Part shown: positions 26,288 to 35,240 of the stretch, piece by piece
Layout of the letters: each line of letters starts with the position of its first letter
Position numbering within the stretch: position 1 is the stretch's first letter
IMG/VR virus record: IMGVR_UViG_3300036888_000010
Span: 1-36,865 of that record
Direction: 5' to 3' (one strand)
DNA length: 36,865 bases
DNA from: a virus
Lineage: Duplodnaviria; Caudoviricetes
The notes under the pieces: generated by a model
Told to the model about the DNA's origin: nothing
What the model saw: only the letters and a program-made list of their open reading frames with translations
The model's database searches: none
Program-made: the position numbers and the translations under genes

Positions 26288-27031
26288 TTACGGCTCGAAG
26301 CGCGGCACATCGAGCAGGTAGGTACCTGCTGCCGGTGTGCAAGCCGCGGCTGTAAGGGTTGTGAAATACAAGCTCACCGTGTTGGCTGCCGACACCGATG
26401 CGCTCGTGAGAGGGCACAGGGAGGTAGCTGCAGGCTGGCTTGCCACAATGATGGGCTCTCCTACAACGAGGCCCGCCACTGTGAAGGTTTGCGCAGCGGT
26501 CTGAATGGCCGCCGAACTCGCCGCTGGGGTGATTGACCCAGTGGTTAGAAGCGGCTCCCAGTTATACACCCCACTTGAAAGGGTGACGCAATTCCAGTAA
26601 CTGACCTTCGACTGATAGGCCGGGCCAATTACCAGAGTGGGGTTGTACGTGATAGACGGGGTGCAAGTCCCCTGCGGAATCGAACTCAGGAAGACATTCG
26701 GACTCCCCACCCACACGACAGCCGCCGCGTTATGCGCTACCGCTTTGGTGCCATTGGCGCCGCGCACTACCGTGATGGATTTCCCGCTCAGCGACTCGAC
26801 CGTCAACGCTTCCTTGTCAATGACAAGAGTCGTGTTGAAGCCGGGTGTCTGAGAGGGGCCGCCAAAAGCGTTGGGTGCGACGATTCCGGTAGCGGAAACC
26901 ACCTGAATCACCTGTTGTACCCTATCCGTTGCACCGGATAGGGTGGTTTGAGTCAAGGCCGTCTGCGCTACCGAAAACACCGGAAACACAAGGAAAGCCA
27001 GGAGGGAGAAGGTTTTAATGAATTTGTTCAT
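26288..27031 (-). CDS. putative capsid decoration protein with signal peptide
   Basis: Lies between the coat gene and the terminator; MNKFIKTFSLLAFLVFPVFSVA|QT; IDKE...TVVRGANGTKAVAH; four Cys. Confidence 0.65.
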   Translation of the reverse strand: MNKFIKTFSLLAFLVFPVFSVAQTALTQTTLSGATDRVQQVIQVVSATGIVAPNAFGGPSQTPGFNTTLVIDKEALTVESLSGKSITVVRGANGTKAVAHNAAAVVWVGSPNVFLSSIPQGTCTPSITYNPTLVIGPAYQSKVSYWNCVTLSSGVYNWEPLLTTGSITPAASSAAIQTAAQTFTVAGLVVGEPIIVASQPAATSLCPLTSASVSAANTVSLYFTTLTAAACTPAAGTYLLDVPRFEP

Positions 27032-27040
27032 GGTTTCTCC

Positions 27041-28291
27041 TTATGCCCCCGCCACAACGACAGCGCCGTTGTCTTGGTACAGATTGCCGAGCCCAAAGAG
27101 TGAATCCATGCGATTGACCTGCATTGAACGCACAGGGTCCCACGCCTTCACTTTTCGAACACTCAGACCGGTGTCGGGGTCAGTTGCCGCGCCCGCCGAC
27201 TCAACCGCGTGGGGCACATAGAGCTTTGCTCCCACGATTGCGAAGGCTTGCCGCGTAAGTCCCAGCGCCACGGTTCCACTCTTGCCGTTAGGCGCAGTGG
27301 TTCCAGGCCACAAGGTGAATGCCGCTCCATCTGCCGGCAGAGCATCGACGTTCTGATACTGACTGCCAGGCCCATAGATCGGCGGAAGGAAGTTGATGGT
27401 ATCACCGCCCGCGCCGCCCGCAGCCACAAGTGCCTGCGTCACGGTGAATGTCTTGTTACGCGCCTTGCCGGGTATTTTGTACGTCATCGGGTTAACGAGG
27501 TTGACGTTGGCAATAGAGAACTTATCGCCAAGATTCCACGTGTCGCCCGCATTCGCCGTAATCACCAGCGAGGTTCCGGACTGCCCAGCACCATGAACGA
27601 TCGGATAGCCCGTAGTGCCCGCCCATGTGCCAGCCGTTTGACGAAGAAGCGCCTGCTCTTCAAAGAACATGAAGGTTCCAAGCTCTCCGATCACGCCCTC
27701 TTTCCAGGACATCTCGATTTCGCTTGCCGGATGGAAAATGGTTGTGATGTTCGAGCCAAGCGAGGTCATCATGCTTGAGGAAACGCACATGGCCCGCTTG
27801 CCAAGGACGCCCGCGGCATTCTCTTCGAGGTACTGCCGCGCCGTGTAATAGGTGGAAACCGATGTGGCATCTACCGCGAGAGCGCCCGTCACCATACTGC
27901 TGTTGATGGCCGCAAAATTCGCGCACCGTTTGTCGCATTCCTGCGCAAGAGCGGCGGCAGCGGGCTCGAAATACTGCTCTTCAAGCTCCTCTTCCGAGCG
28001 CTCGACCTTGACCGCGGCTTCGTAATCATCCCACTCGAATGCAACCTGCATCCACTGATCGAGTGAAATTGGTGTCTGAAGCCGGTTGATGCCCTGCGGA
28101 TCGTATCCCAACCCGTCAGAGACAGTGAATCGCTGAGGGAATTTCACCGTGATCATCGATCCCGGCGCGAACTCCTTTTGGAAGTCCTTTTCCCACGAGC
28201 GATTGAAGTATTCGGCAACCACCAGCTTGTTCAGCAGGAGGCGCAGAACCTTCATCGAAACCCATTGGGTGTTTAAGAAATTGTTTGCCAC
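27041..28291 (-). CDS. major capsid protein (P22 coat protein family)
   Basis: MANNFL...GSMITVKFPQRF...RMDSLFG; follows the scaffold gene. Confidence 0.9.
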   Translation of the reverse strand: MANNFLNTQWVSMKVLRLLLNKLVVAEYFNRSWEKDFQKEFAPGSMITVKFPQRFTVSDGLGYDPQGINRLQTPISLDQWMQVAFEWDDYEAAVKVERSEEELEEQYFEPAAAALAQECDKRCANFAAINSSMVTGALAVDATSVSTYYTARQYLEENAAGVLGKRAMCVSSSMMTSLGSNITTIFHPASEIEMSWKEGVIGELGTFMFFEEQALLRQTAGTWAGTTGYPIVHGAGQSGTSLVITANAGDTWNLGDKFSIANVNLVNPMTYKIPGKARNKTFTVTQALVAAGGAGGDTINFLPPIYGPGSQYQNVDALPADGAAFTLWPGTTAPNGKSGTVALGLTRQAFAIVGAKLYVPHAVESAGAATDPDTGLSVRKVKAWDPVRSMQVNRMDSLFGLGNLYQDNGAVVVAGA

Positions 28292-28294
28292 TTG

Positions 28295-29344
28295 TTAAAC
28301 TCCACGGCGGCGGGCAAGCGTTTTGCGGTCTTCCGCGCGTTTCCATTCGCGAAATGCCGCATCGTTGCCGCGCTCAATCTGTGCAAGCGCTCTCGCCGAC
28401 TCATCCATTTCGCCACCACCGCGATGGTTGATTTCGATAGGAGGAGCGGGAGCCGCTTCTGGGCCTTTTTTGGCTGGAGTCGTTGTCGTTTCCGTCTGTG
28501 TAAACTGACCTTTGTCGTTGCGGGCGCCGTTCTCTTTCCCTTTTTCAAGCTCTTTCACGATATCCTGCTCCATCAGCAGGGCAACGCGCAGAGCCTTCGA
28601 GGGATTTGAGCGACAAGCATCGAGGAAATCGTTTTTGCTTGCCTCATCGCCACCAATTACGTATAAAAGGTCGGCCAACACAGGAGAATCGTTCAATACA
28701 CCGAAAATTTCGCGTGGAATATCGGGTTGCAGCATCTCTTTGACGAGCGGAGCCGCTACCGTATCGTAATCCTGATAGCGTTTCCGTGCCTCAGAGAGCT
28801 TTTCCCCTACCGCTTGGCGTTGCTGCGCGATTTGCTGTTCAGATGCGCGAAATTCTTCTCTCCGGTCGGCCATGTGGTCGGCCAGGGCCGCTTGAGCGTC
28901 TTCCCAGGTCGCATCTTTGTTTTGAGCGATGTACTGGTTCGTCCACTCCGTCGGCTTGAAGGTTTTGCGCCACTCCTGATAGGTGGCAGGCTTTGCGGGT
29001 GACGGTTCCGCTTTCGTCGGTTGCGGCTTGCCAGCCTCTGTCAGTTGTTGTCTGAGCTGCTTGATCTCGGCGGTCAATTCGCCAATGCGGTGTTCCGCGC
29101 CGGGCTTCCGGCGTGACTCCTGCCTATTGATGCCCGGTTCCGTGCCGGGAGCTGGTTTTGCCTGTTGAGGCTCGGTTGTCGCCGTTTTAGGCGTCTCAGC
29201 GGGTGCCGTTTCCGCAGGTTTCGGCTTTTCTGGAAGATTTCCGGTTACGCGCCACTCTGCATATTCCGCAGAGCCGCTTACCGGCAGTTCAAGTGTTCCT
29301 GTTTCGGTTGCAGTTGACGATTCTGCTTGCGTCGTGGTTTCCAT
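28295..29344 (-). CDS. scaffolding protein
   Basis: Charged, helical protein between portal and coat; RIGELTAEIK. Confidence 0.75.
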   Translation of the reverse strand: METTTQAESSTATETGTLELPVSGSAEYAEWRVTGNLPEKPKPAETAPAETPKTATTEPQQAKPAPGTEPGINRQESRRKPGAEHRIGELTAEIKQLRQQLTEAGKPQPTKAEPSPAKPATYQEWRKTFKPTEWTNQYIAQNKDATWEDAQAALADHMADRREEFRASEQQIAQQRQAVGEKLSEARKRYQDYDTVAAPLVKEMLQPDIPREIFGVLNDSPVLADLLYVIGGDEASKNDFLDACRSNPSKALRVALLMEQDIVKELEKGKENGARNDKGQFTQTETTTTPAKKGPEAAPAPPIEINHRGGGEMDESARALAQIERGNDAAFREWKRAEDRKTLARRRGV

Positions 29345-29368
29345 CTCTCACCTTCGCGAGTCGAAGAT

Positions 29369-31450
29369 CTATTGCTGCGCGGAGCCGGTTTGGTCCTGCT
29401 GGCCCTGCTGAGCGGCCACTTGCTGCTGTTGCGCTGCTGCCGCCTGTTGCTGTTGAGCCATTCCGGCTTGGTGCGCATGTTCTTGGGCTTGCATTGCCGT
29501 CTCGTGGGCCGCATCGTGCAGCATGTCATAGACTTGGATTTCGCGATCGGCAATCGCTTCGTTCGAGTCTTTTGAGGCATTCATCTGGGCAACTGCCAGC
29601 TTCGTGTCTTCCTGCATCTTGACGATTGACGCCTTACCCTGCTGCTCTATGACCTTGCCTTGGCGTTCAAGCATTAGCTTCTGAATCAAGCCCTGCATCT
29701 GACCTTGCTGCTGCTGCATCATTCCCATTTGCTGCTGCATTGCCTGCAACTGCTGTGCTTGGCCTTGGTTCTGGGGATTCACGATCTCGGCCATCTGATC
29801 ACCGAGCGGGCCGAGCTGCTTCAGTTTGATCCCGAGCGAGAATACCTGCGCTGCCTGTGGAGGAGTTAACGGTAAGTTCTTTAGATTCTGGACCACCGTA
29901 TCAACAAACTCGCTCGCTTCTTCGCGCTGCGATTCGTGCGACGGCCCGGCACTGATGGTTACCTGGTAGCGGCCTTTATCGTCTGCGATTGGGAAGTGAT
30001 ATTCGTGATCACCCTCCATCACCGGAGCGTCCGTGTTGATCTTGGCGAGCTTGTGTGACCCGTCCGCCTCGCGGATTGGCTTCTCGGTCTCGCCTAAGTC
30101 CACGAGAGAAAGCCAGTTATTGACGATCCTTCCCGTTAGCTTGATGGCGCGATCGTAATTATCGACCAAATGGTAGCTGCCGATCGACTGCTCGGACTGA
30201 ATCTTGTCCAGCGCTACGCCGGATTTCTGATTCTGGCGTTGCGCCGCCGATGGCAAAGCCTGCAGGCCCATCGCCGACTGGATTGCGCGCTGACAAATGT
30301 CGATGCCAATTGCATAGGCTTGAAAGTCTGGCGTCTGGGGTGCGCGCTGCGGAGCCTGTAAGGGTTGCCCGGTGGCCTGATCCACCACAACGTCATACTG
30401 CAGATAGGGATGAAAGACTGTGTTAACCGTCTTCCAAGCCTCTTCGTCCGTCTCGAATTGCCCCACAGCACCGATATAGCTTGTTTTCGGTAGCTGGCCA
30501 ACGTTTTCCAGCATCGCGCTGACGACGTAAGCTAATGCCTTCTGCGGATCTCGCGCCAGACTCACCAGCGAGAGCAGTACACGCTCGGCCCCGCCTTTGC
30601 CGTATTCAACCCAGATTTCCTTGCTAAAGCATGCCACGATGGGAATGTATGGACCAGGCTGAGTGTCGGCTTTCTTGAGGATCTCGACGCCATTGGTTAC
30701 GTATTGCTGGATCGACCGCTCGGCAACTGTCCGCTGCTTCTTACCCACCTTCTTTGGGGAAGTTTGGATTTCCCAGTATGATGCTACGACAATGCTCTTG
30801 CCGTCATACCAGTCGTTTGCATCGCCGCCGAAGTCATCGGCCGCGAAACTGCGCCTCTCGGCATCGGGATATTCGCGCTCAAATTCCTCCAGGGTCAGCT
30901 TATCGAGTTCAAAGGCCCATTTAATGTCTGAGCCGTCAAGTTCTTTGTAATCAGGGTCAAGTAGGATGGCGTCTGGATTAAGAACAGGCAAGATGATGAT
31001 TTCCTGCTCGTCTGTCTCGTCTGAGACATAGATGCGTCCGACTTTCCAATAGCCAACGTTACGCTCAACCGCGGCTTGCAGGCCGTTGATGTACGCCTGC
31101 GATGCGTTGCAGCCATATTCGATAGCCCGGATGCGATTCTCGCGATATTCGGCTAATTCCTCGGTTGCGCCATCCCCGGCAGGGTCAACGATAATGCCGC
31201 GTGGGTTCTGCCGTGCCGTGTTGACTACCTGGTTGACGAACTGATTGAGCTGATCCGCGCAAACTGTCGGGCGCCCCTTACGTGCATTGCGGTCCTCATC
31301 GTCCCATGGATCACCCGAGACGTACCGCATGTTCTTCTGGCCCTCCGTGCGATTCCGGCGCCACTTGTCCATCGCATAGCGATAGCGCTCGCGGATACGC
31401 TTTAAGAGAGCGTCATTCTTGGTGCCGAGGTCAGCGTCTTTCTCAGCCAT
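29369..31450 (-). CDS. portal protein (P22 gp1-like)
   Basis: 693 aa; GDPW...RKGRP...ARQN; LARDPQKAL; GRYQVTISAGPS...QREEA; Q-rich C-terminal coil. Confidence 0.9.
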   Translation of the reverse strand: MAEKDADLGTKNDALLKRIRERYRYAMDKWRRNRTEGQKNMRYVSGDPWDDEDRNARKGRPTVCADQLNQFVNQVVNTARQNPRGIIVDPAGDGATEELAEYRENRIRAIEYGCNASQAYINGLQAAVERNVGYWKVGRIYVSDETDEQEIIILPVLNPDAILLDPDYKELDGSDIKWAFELDKLTLEEFEREYPDAERRSFAADDFGGDANDWYDGKSIVVASYWEIQTSPKKVGKKQRTVAERSIQQYVTNGVEILKKADTQPGPYIPIVACFSKEIWVEYGKGGAERVLLSLVSLARDPQKALAYVVSAMLENVGQLPKTSYIGAVGQFETDEEAWKTVNTVFHPYLQYDVVVDQATGQPLQAPQRAPQTPDFQAYAIGIDICQRAIQSAMGLQALPSAAQRQNQKSGVALDKIQSEQSIGSYHLVDNYDRAIKLTGRIVNNWLSLVDLGETEKPIREADGSHKLAKINTDAPVMEGDHEYHFPIADDKGRYQVTISAGPSHESQREEASEFVDTVVQNLKNLPLTPPQAAQVFSLGIKLKQLGPLGDQMAEIVNPQNQGQAQQLQAMQQQMGMMQQQQGQMQGLIQKLMLERQGKVIEQQGKASIVKMQEDTKLAVAQMNASKDSNEAIADREIQVYDMLHDAAHETAMQAQEHAHQAGMAQQQQAAAAQQQQVAAQQGQQDQTGSAQQ

Positions 31451-32060
31451 TTACGCTCTTGGGCGGCCTTCCATAATGCGCCTCGTGCGCCTCACGAAGC
31501 GATGTTTCGCAAGTGGGACAAATCTCAGTCGGATTGAAGCCGGTCGCATCGCTTGAACCATGCGGATCGTACACCCAGCCGTCACGCCGCGCTTTGATCA
31601 CTACATCGGCTTTGGTTTGCCCCTCGTGGCCGTAATAAATAGCCTCGGCGGTGCACTTCGCGCAGTGGAGATACAAAGTTCGTGCTGCCATTTCGCGTTC
31701 AAGGATGCTCTGGGCTTGCTTCCGGGAAGTCAAAACATCCTGCGCCGGCCTGAATTCCAGCAATTGTCCAGTGGGCCCGAGAACCGGCAGCTTTTCACGT
31801 TCGGCCATCTCCCCCGCATGGGCAATGTATTGGTCGAGTGGCCACGCCTCGAAGCGAAGATGTGGGCGCATTACCTCGTACATCTCGTGCCGCAGGGGTG
31901 GCTCCATCTCGGTCAAAAGTCGCGAAAAATGATCGTGGTCGCGCACATAGCCGGATGCCAGATGAGCAATTGCTGCTCCCATATCGGAACTCATGCCAGC
32001 CGCCCGCATCGATTTCTTGACGAAAGATGCTTGGCGCTCAGTTGCCGCTAGATCGATCAA
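31443..32060 (-). CDS. hypothetical protein with CxxC...CxxC
   Basis: 205 aa; TTG start in a TTGA overlap; CAKC and CPTC. Confidence 0.65.
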   Translation of the reverse strand: MIDLAATERQASFVKKSMRAAGMSSDMGAAIAHLASGYVRDHDHFSRLLTEMEPPLRHEMYEVMRPHLRFEAWPLDQYIAHAGEMAEREKLPVLGPTGQLLEFRPAQDVLTSRKQAQSILEREMAARTLYLHCAKCTAEAIYYGHEGQTKADVVIKARRDGWVYDPHGSSDATGFNPTEICPTCETSLREAHEAHYGRPPKSVNG

Positions 32061-32227
32061 TATGCACCCTTTTTTGGCATGTAGCTACTTTTGGTATCCG
32101 CGCTCATGCCACGCGGGGACGGTGGACGGCTCGGACGGTTTGCTGAGACGACGCGCAAAGGCATTGCCAGCTTAGGGGCTGCTGACTTAAGCAGGGTCGC
32201 TTGGATCATCTTAGGCGTCCAGGTCAC
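32057..32227 (-). CDS. 56-aa basic protein; not in the ORF track
   Basis: GTG start in a GTGA overlap and stop in a TTGA overlap; MTWTPKMIQATLLKSAAPK...MPKKGAY. Confidence 0.5.
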   Translation of the reverse strand: MTWTPKMIQATLLKSAAPKLAMPLRVVSANRPSRPPSPRGMSADTKSSYMPKKGAY

Positions 32228-32490
32228 GCTTCCTCTTCGCCTTCCGGCTCCTCTGTTTCTTGCGCCGGCTCGCCCTGGCTTTCTGGGATGTTGAGGTGGT
32301 TGGCGACATGTGCCAGCATCTCGTGGCCTTCGTTCTTGCCGAAGACGTGCGACTCGGGTTCTGCGTATCCCATGCTTATACCGGCCGCGGCGCGATTGTC
32401 CTTGCGGGGGCTCTCTTTGTAGTGGTGAGTGACCGTATGCCCCCCATTCTCGGCGGGCTCGATTTCCATTCTGCGAATTACCTTAGCCAT
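32224..32490 (-). CDS. hypothetical protein
   Basis: 88 aa; MEIEPAENGGHTVTHH; acidic tail. Confidence 0.7.
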   Translation of the reverse strand: MAKVIRRMEIEPAENGGHTVTHHYKESPRKDNRAAAGISMGYAEPESHVFGKNEGHEMLAHVANHLNIPESQGEPAQETEEPEGEEEA

Positions 32491-32635
32491 TTTTCTTCAG
32501 CTCCTTTGATCCCTTGCGGGCATGTCCCATTGCCGGATTGGCGTGCAGCTCGTCGACCATCTTCGTCTTTTGCGGCGCCGTGAGCGGCGAATACTTCGAG
32601 AGCAGCAGTTTCACTTGCTTACGGGTCCAGGGCAT
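32483..32635 (-). CDS. 50-aa basic protein; not in the ORF track
   Basis: TGATG-coupled start; MPWTRKQVKLLLSKYSPLTAPQKTKMVDELHANPAMGHARKGSKELKKNG*. Confidence 0.6.
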   Translation of the reverse strand: MPWTRKQVKLLLSKYSPLTAPQKTKMVDELHANPAMGHARKGSKELKKNG

Positions 32636-32838
32636 CACTCCCCCAAAATCCGGTTTGCTTTCGCTCGAATCTTCGACGCCGACGACGCGCTCAGATTGCC
32701 GCGTGCAACCTGCTGTGTGGCGCGTGCCTTGGCGTTAGCGGCGTGGCTGCGGTCTGGCATCGGATACTTGCGCGAGCCTGGCAGGCCGAACGTGCTGCTG
32801 GGCAATGCGTTGCGCTTTGCTGCTTTCAAGACTGCCAT
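32635..32838 (-). CDS. small basic conserved phage protein
   Basis: Start directly after the terL stop; RNALPSSTFGLPGSRKYPMPDRSHAANAKAR. Confidence 0.75.
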   Translation of the reverse strand: MAVLKAAKRNALPSSTFGLPGSRKYPMPDRSHAANAKARATQQVARGNLSASSASKIRAKANRILGE

Positions 32839-32839
32839 A

Positions 32840-34111
32840 TCACCCCCATACCGATACCGTAACCGGCGGTTTGTTGGTCTTTGCTTTCTTGCCTTTAGGT
32901 TCTTTGATCGCCATCGCCATTGTGCGCAGCGCATCGGCCGGGTGGCTGGCATCGTCGTGTAAGGGTTCGCGTCTCGCTTGCCCTAGCGCGCTTGATGGGC
33001 CCCATTGGTAGCGCCGCAGATAGCTCAGGCCATCCGCACAAAGATTGGAATCGAAGTACATCTGCGGAAACAGCGTGCGCACCGCATTGATGCCGTCTGC
33101 AATGCTGGATTGGCGCAGAACCTCGACCTTGAATCCTTTGGCGCGGACAACCTCTTCTATCGATCGTCCTGTGCCCAACTGTTTCGCGCCGCCATCCCAA
33201 GGTAGGTAACAGGTGCCGAGAATGTATCCCCAGGCCTGTATCTCTTTGAGATAGTAGTCGATAGCCTGATGGTCGCCCTCGAAGTAGCGAAGGATTTTGA
33301 CTTCAAACGGCGTGCGCTGCGCGGCCCAAACAGAGACACGATCAGCGTATCCCAGATCAAAGAAAGTGTCGACTGCCCGCATGGTATCGTAGGGGACGGC
33401 GCGTATTCGGCCTTCCTTCTCAGCCTCCCGTATCTCCGCCTTATAGATCGCGCCTTCAACTGTTGAGCGCGTGCCGCCTTCGTAGACGTGGTGGAACGCA
33501 TCTGGATCTTTAGCTTTGAGGGTCTCAATCTTTTGCTTCGATTCGGGACTCAGCCATTTGTTGTCGTGATAACTTGTCTTTCGCAACCACGCGCCCGGCG
33601 GCGGATCTAACACAAAATCGGTGTAGACGGGATCGGTCACGAGGTCGGGGTTAAGACTCCACCAGATTTCCGAGCCCGGCTTGCGAACAGTCGGGAGCAG
33701 AATCGTCAGGGATCGCCGGCTGACTGTGCTGGCTTCCTCTCCCCAGAAGATGTCGATCGACTCATAGGATTTGATTGAGCTGACGGTTTGCTTGCGCAAG
33801 CCGCAGAAAACAAACTCAGTCGGGTGCCACTCTGGCCCGCGAATCTCGGATTGCAGGACGCGGTAAAAATCGCCTAACCCAAGTCGGCCGATCTGATCGC
33901 TGAGCAACTGGTGTACAGACTCCCGAATCGAATCCATCGTCTCGCGCCCGCAGAGAATGCGCAGCGGCGTCGCCCAGCCATCCATTTTGCCTGTCCCCAG
34001 CAGCAACAGCGCTTGAGCGATCGACCAGCTCTTGACCCCATCGCGGCCGCCGTAAAGAACCTTGTATGGATGGTGCTCAAGGAGCGGCGTAAGCTCTTCA
34101 GGAAATTGCAT
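32840..34111 (-). CDS. terL: terminase large subunit (PBSX-like family)
   Basis: YKVLYGGRDGVKSW P-loop, IFWGEEA Walker B, SLNP, FDLG and HPADALR nuclease motifs. Confidence 0.92.
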   Translation of the reverse strand: MQFPEELTPLLEHHPYKVLYGGRDGVKSWSIAQALLLLGTGKMDGWATPLRILCGRETMDSIRESVHQLLSDQIGRLGLGDFYRVLQSEIRGPEWHPTEFVFCGLRKQTVSSIKSYESIDIFWGEEASTVSRRSLTILLPTVRKPGSEIWWSLNPDLVTDPVYTDFVLDPPPGAWLRKTSYHDNKWLSPESKQKIETLKAKDPDAFHHVYEGGTRSTVEGAIYKAEIREAEKEGRIRAVPYDTMRAVDTFFDLGYADRVSVWAAQRTPFEVKILRYFEGDHQAIDYYLKEIQAWGYILGTCYLPWDGGAKQLGTGRSIEEVVRAKGFKVEVLRQSSIADGINAVRTLFPQMYFDSNLCADGLSYLRRYQWGPSSALGQARREPLHDDASHPADALRTMAMAIKEPKGKKAKTNKPPVTVSVWG

Positions 34112-34560
34112 CAGGGATTCGAGTTTTGGGTTTTTACGAGTTCGATCTTGATCTCGGCCTGGATAGGACCGCCGCTGGGTCCGCTTGCCTCTACTGCGCG
34201 GCGTTCCATGTATTTTTGTGGCTTCGCCCCTTTAAGAAGGAAGATCATCAGTGTATCGCTATACTCCTGAATGTGCCCTACCAGCTCGCCGCCCTGGTAC
34301 ACAGGTTTGAGCGTGCCATCTTTGGCCCGGCGTACCGCTTCCTCTTCCAGCAAGTCTGCCGCAACATCCAACGCTTTCTGCCAATCCACAGCGAAGTCGG
34401 GATCGTCCCCTCTCCAATCATACGCCGTGGTCCTCGATAAACCGCTCAATTCACATGCTTTAGTGATGTTGCATGTTTCTTTAAGCGACGCAAGAAACGC
34501 TGCGCGCCTTTTAGGGGTCCGATTTGTCCGCGGCTTATCGCCTTTGATAAGGTTTGCCAT
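34111..34560 (-). CDS. terS: terminase small subunit
   Basis: HTH NITKACELSGLSRTTAYDWR; LEEEAVRRA..G; YSDTLMIFLLKG; SGPSGGPI; coupled to terL. Confidence 0.85.
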   Translation of the reverse strand: MANLIKGDKPRTNRTPKRRAAFLASLKETCNITKACELSGLSRTTAYDWRGDDPDFAVDWQKALDVAADLLEEEAVRRAKDGTLKPVYQGGELVGHIQEYSDTLMIFLLKGAKPQKYMERRAVEASGPSGGPIQAEIKIELVKTQNSNP

Positions 34561-34566
34561 CGCGCA

Positions 34567-34854
34567 TCACACCGCCTCGAACGCGAACTTGTTAGCTGTC
34601 GTTGCGAGTTCAAGCTCGTCCGAATAATGCGGCAGATTTCTTACCACCAGGCCGGGTAGCTCAGCCAACGGCAACGGCTCAGCTATGCGGGCCTGCTCAT
34701 TGCGGGCTGTAATCGCCTCTGCAATCGTGAGATCGCGAATCGAAACGCCGTATTCGACCCAGGCACAAGCGCAATTGCCAATAGCCTTAACGGCCTGGCC
34801 ATGCTTGAGCGTGAAACCGCGAGATACATTGAGGATGCGATGATTTTTGGACAT
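34567..34854 (-). CDS. hypothetical protein
   Basis: 95-aa ORF directly upstream of terS. Confidence 0.55.
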   Translation of the reverse strand: MSKNHRILNVSRGFTLKHGQAVKAIGNCACAWVEYGVSIRDLTIAEAITARNEQARIAEPLPLAELPGLVVRNLPHYSDELELATTANKFAFEAV

Positions 34855-34920
34855 CTCTGGCTTGGTTACTTCAGGAGGCCGAGCCTATTGGCGCTCGGAG
34901 CCAATAAATCGGGTGCGGAT

Positions 34921-35142
34921 TTAGTATCGCATGTGATCTGGCAAAGACGCAATGTATGAAGATAACACCTTGTCTTTGTTGAGCTTACGTAACGCGCTCC
35001 GTAAGGTTTGTTCCACTGCTTGGCGAGTGCAACCGAGTCGCTCGGCGATCTGCTGAGTGGTCATCGCGTAATCGCTATAAGGGGTTTTGGCTTTTGCCTT
35101 TACCGCTTCGTGCTGTTGCATTTGCTTCAGTGTAGCATACAT
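34921..35142 (-). CDS. stand-alone sigma70 region-4-like HTH protein
   Basis: MTTQQIAERLGCTRQAVEQTLRSALRKL; start uncertain. Confidence 0.65.
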   Translation of the reverse strand: MYATLKQMQQHEAVKAKAKTPYSDYAMTTQQIAERLGCTRQAVEQTLRSALRKLNKDKVLSSYIASLPDHMRY

Positions 35143-35192
35143 ACGCAATGTTCGCGATGTGGGACGATAGTAAGAAAGTTTCAAAAAAGTTC

Positions 35193-35221
35193 TTGACATT
35201 TGGCGTGTAATATCGTAACAT
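35193..35221 (+). promoter_or_regulatory. sigma70 promoter
   Basis: TTGACA-N17-TAACAT with an A-rich upstream tract; GGAGGGG RBS downstream. Confidence 0.7.
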
Positions 35222-35240
35222 TATTTCATTGGAGGGGATT

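Noticed and set aside
29369-29800. CAG-rich low-complexity tract as a separate repeat element
   Set aside because: Encodes the Gln-rich C-terminal coil of the portal, as expected for P22-like portals
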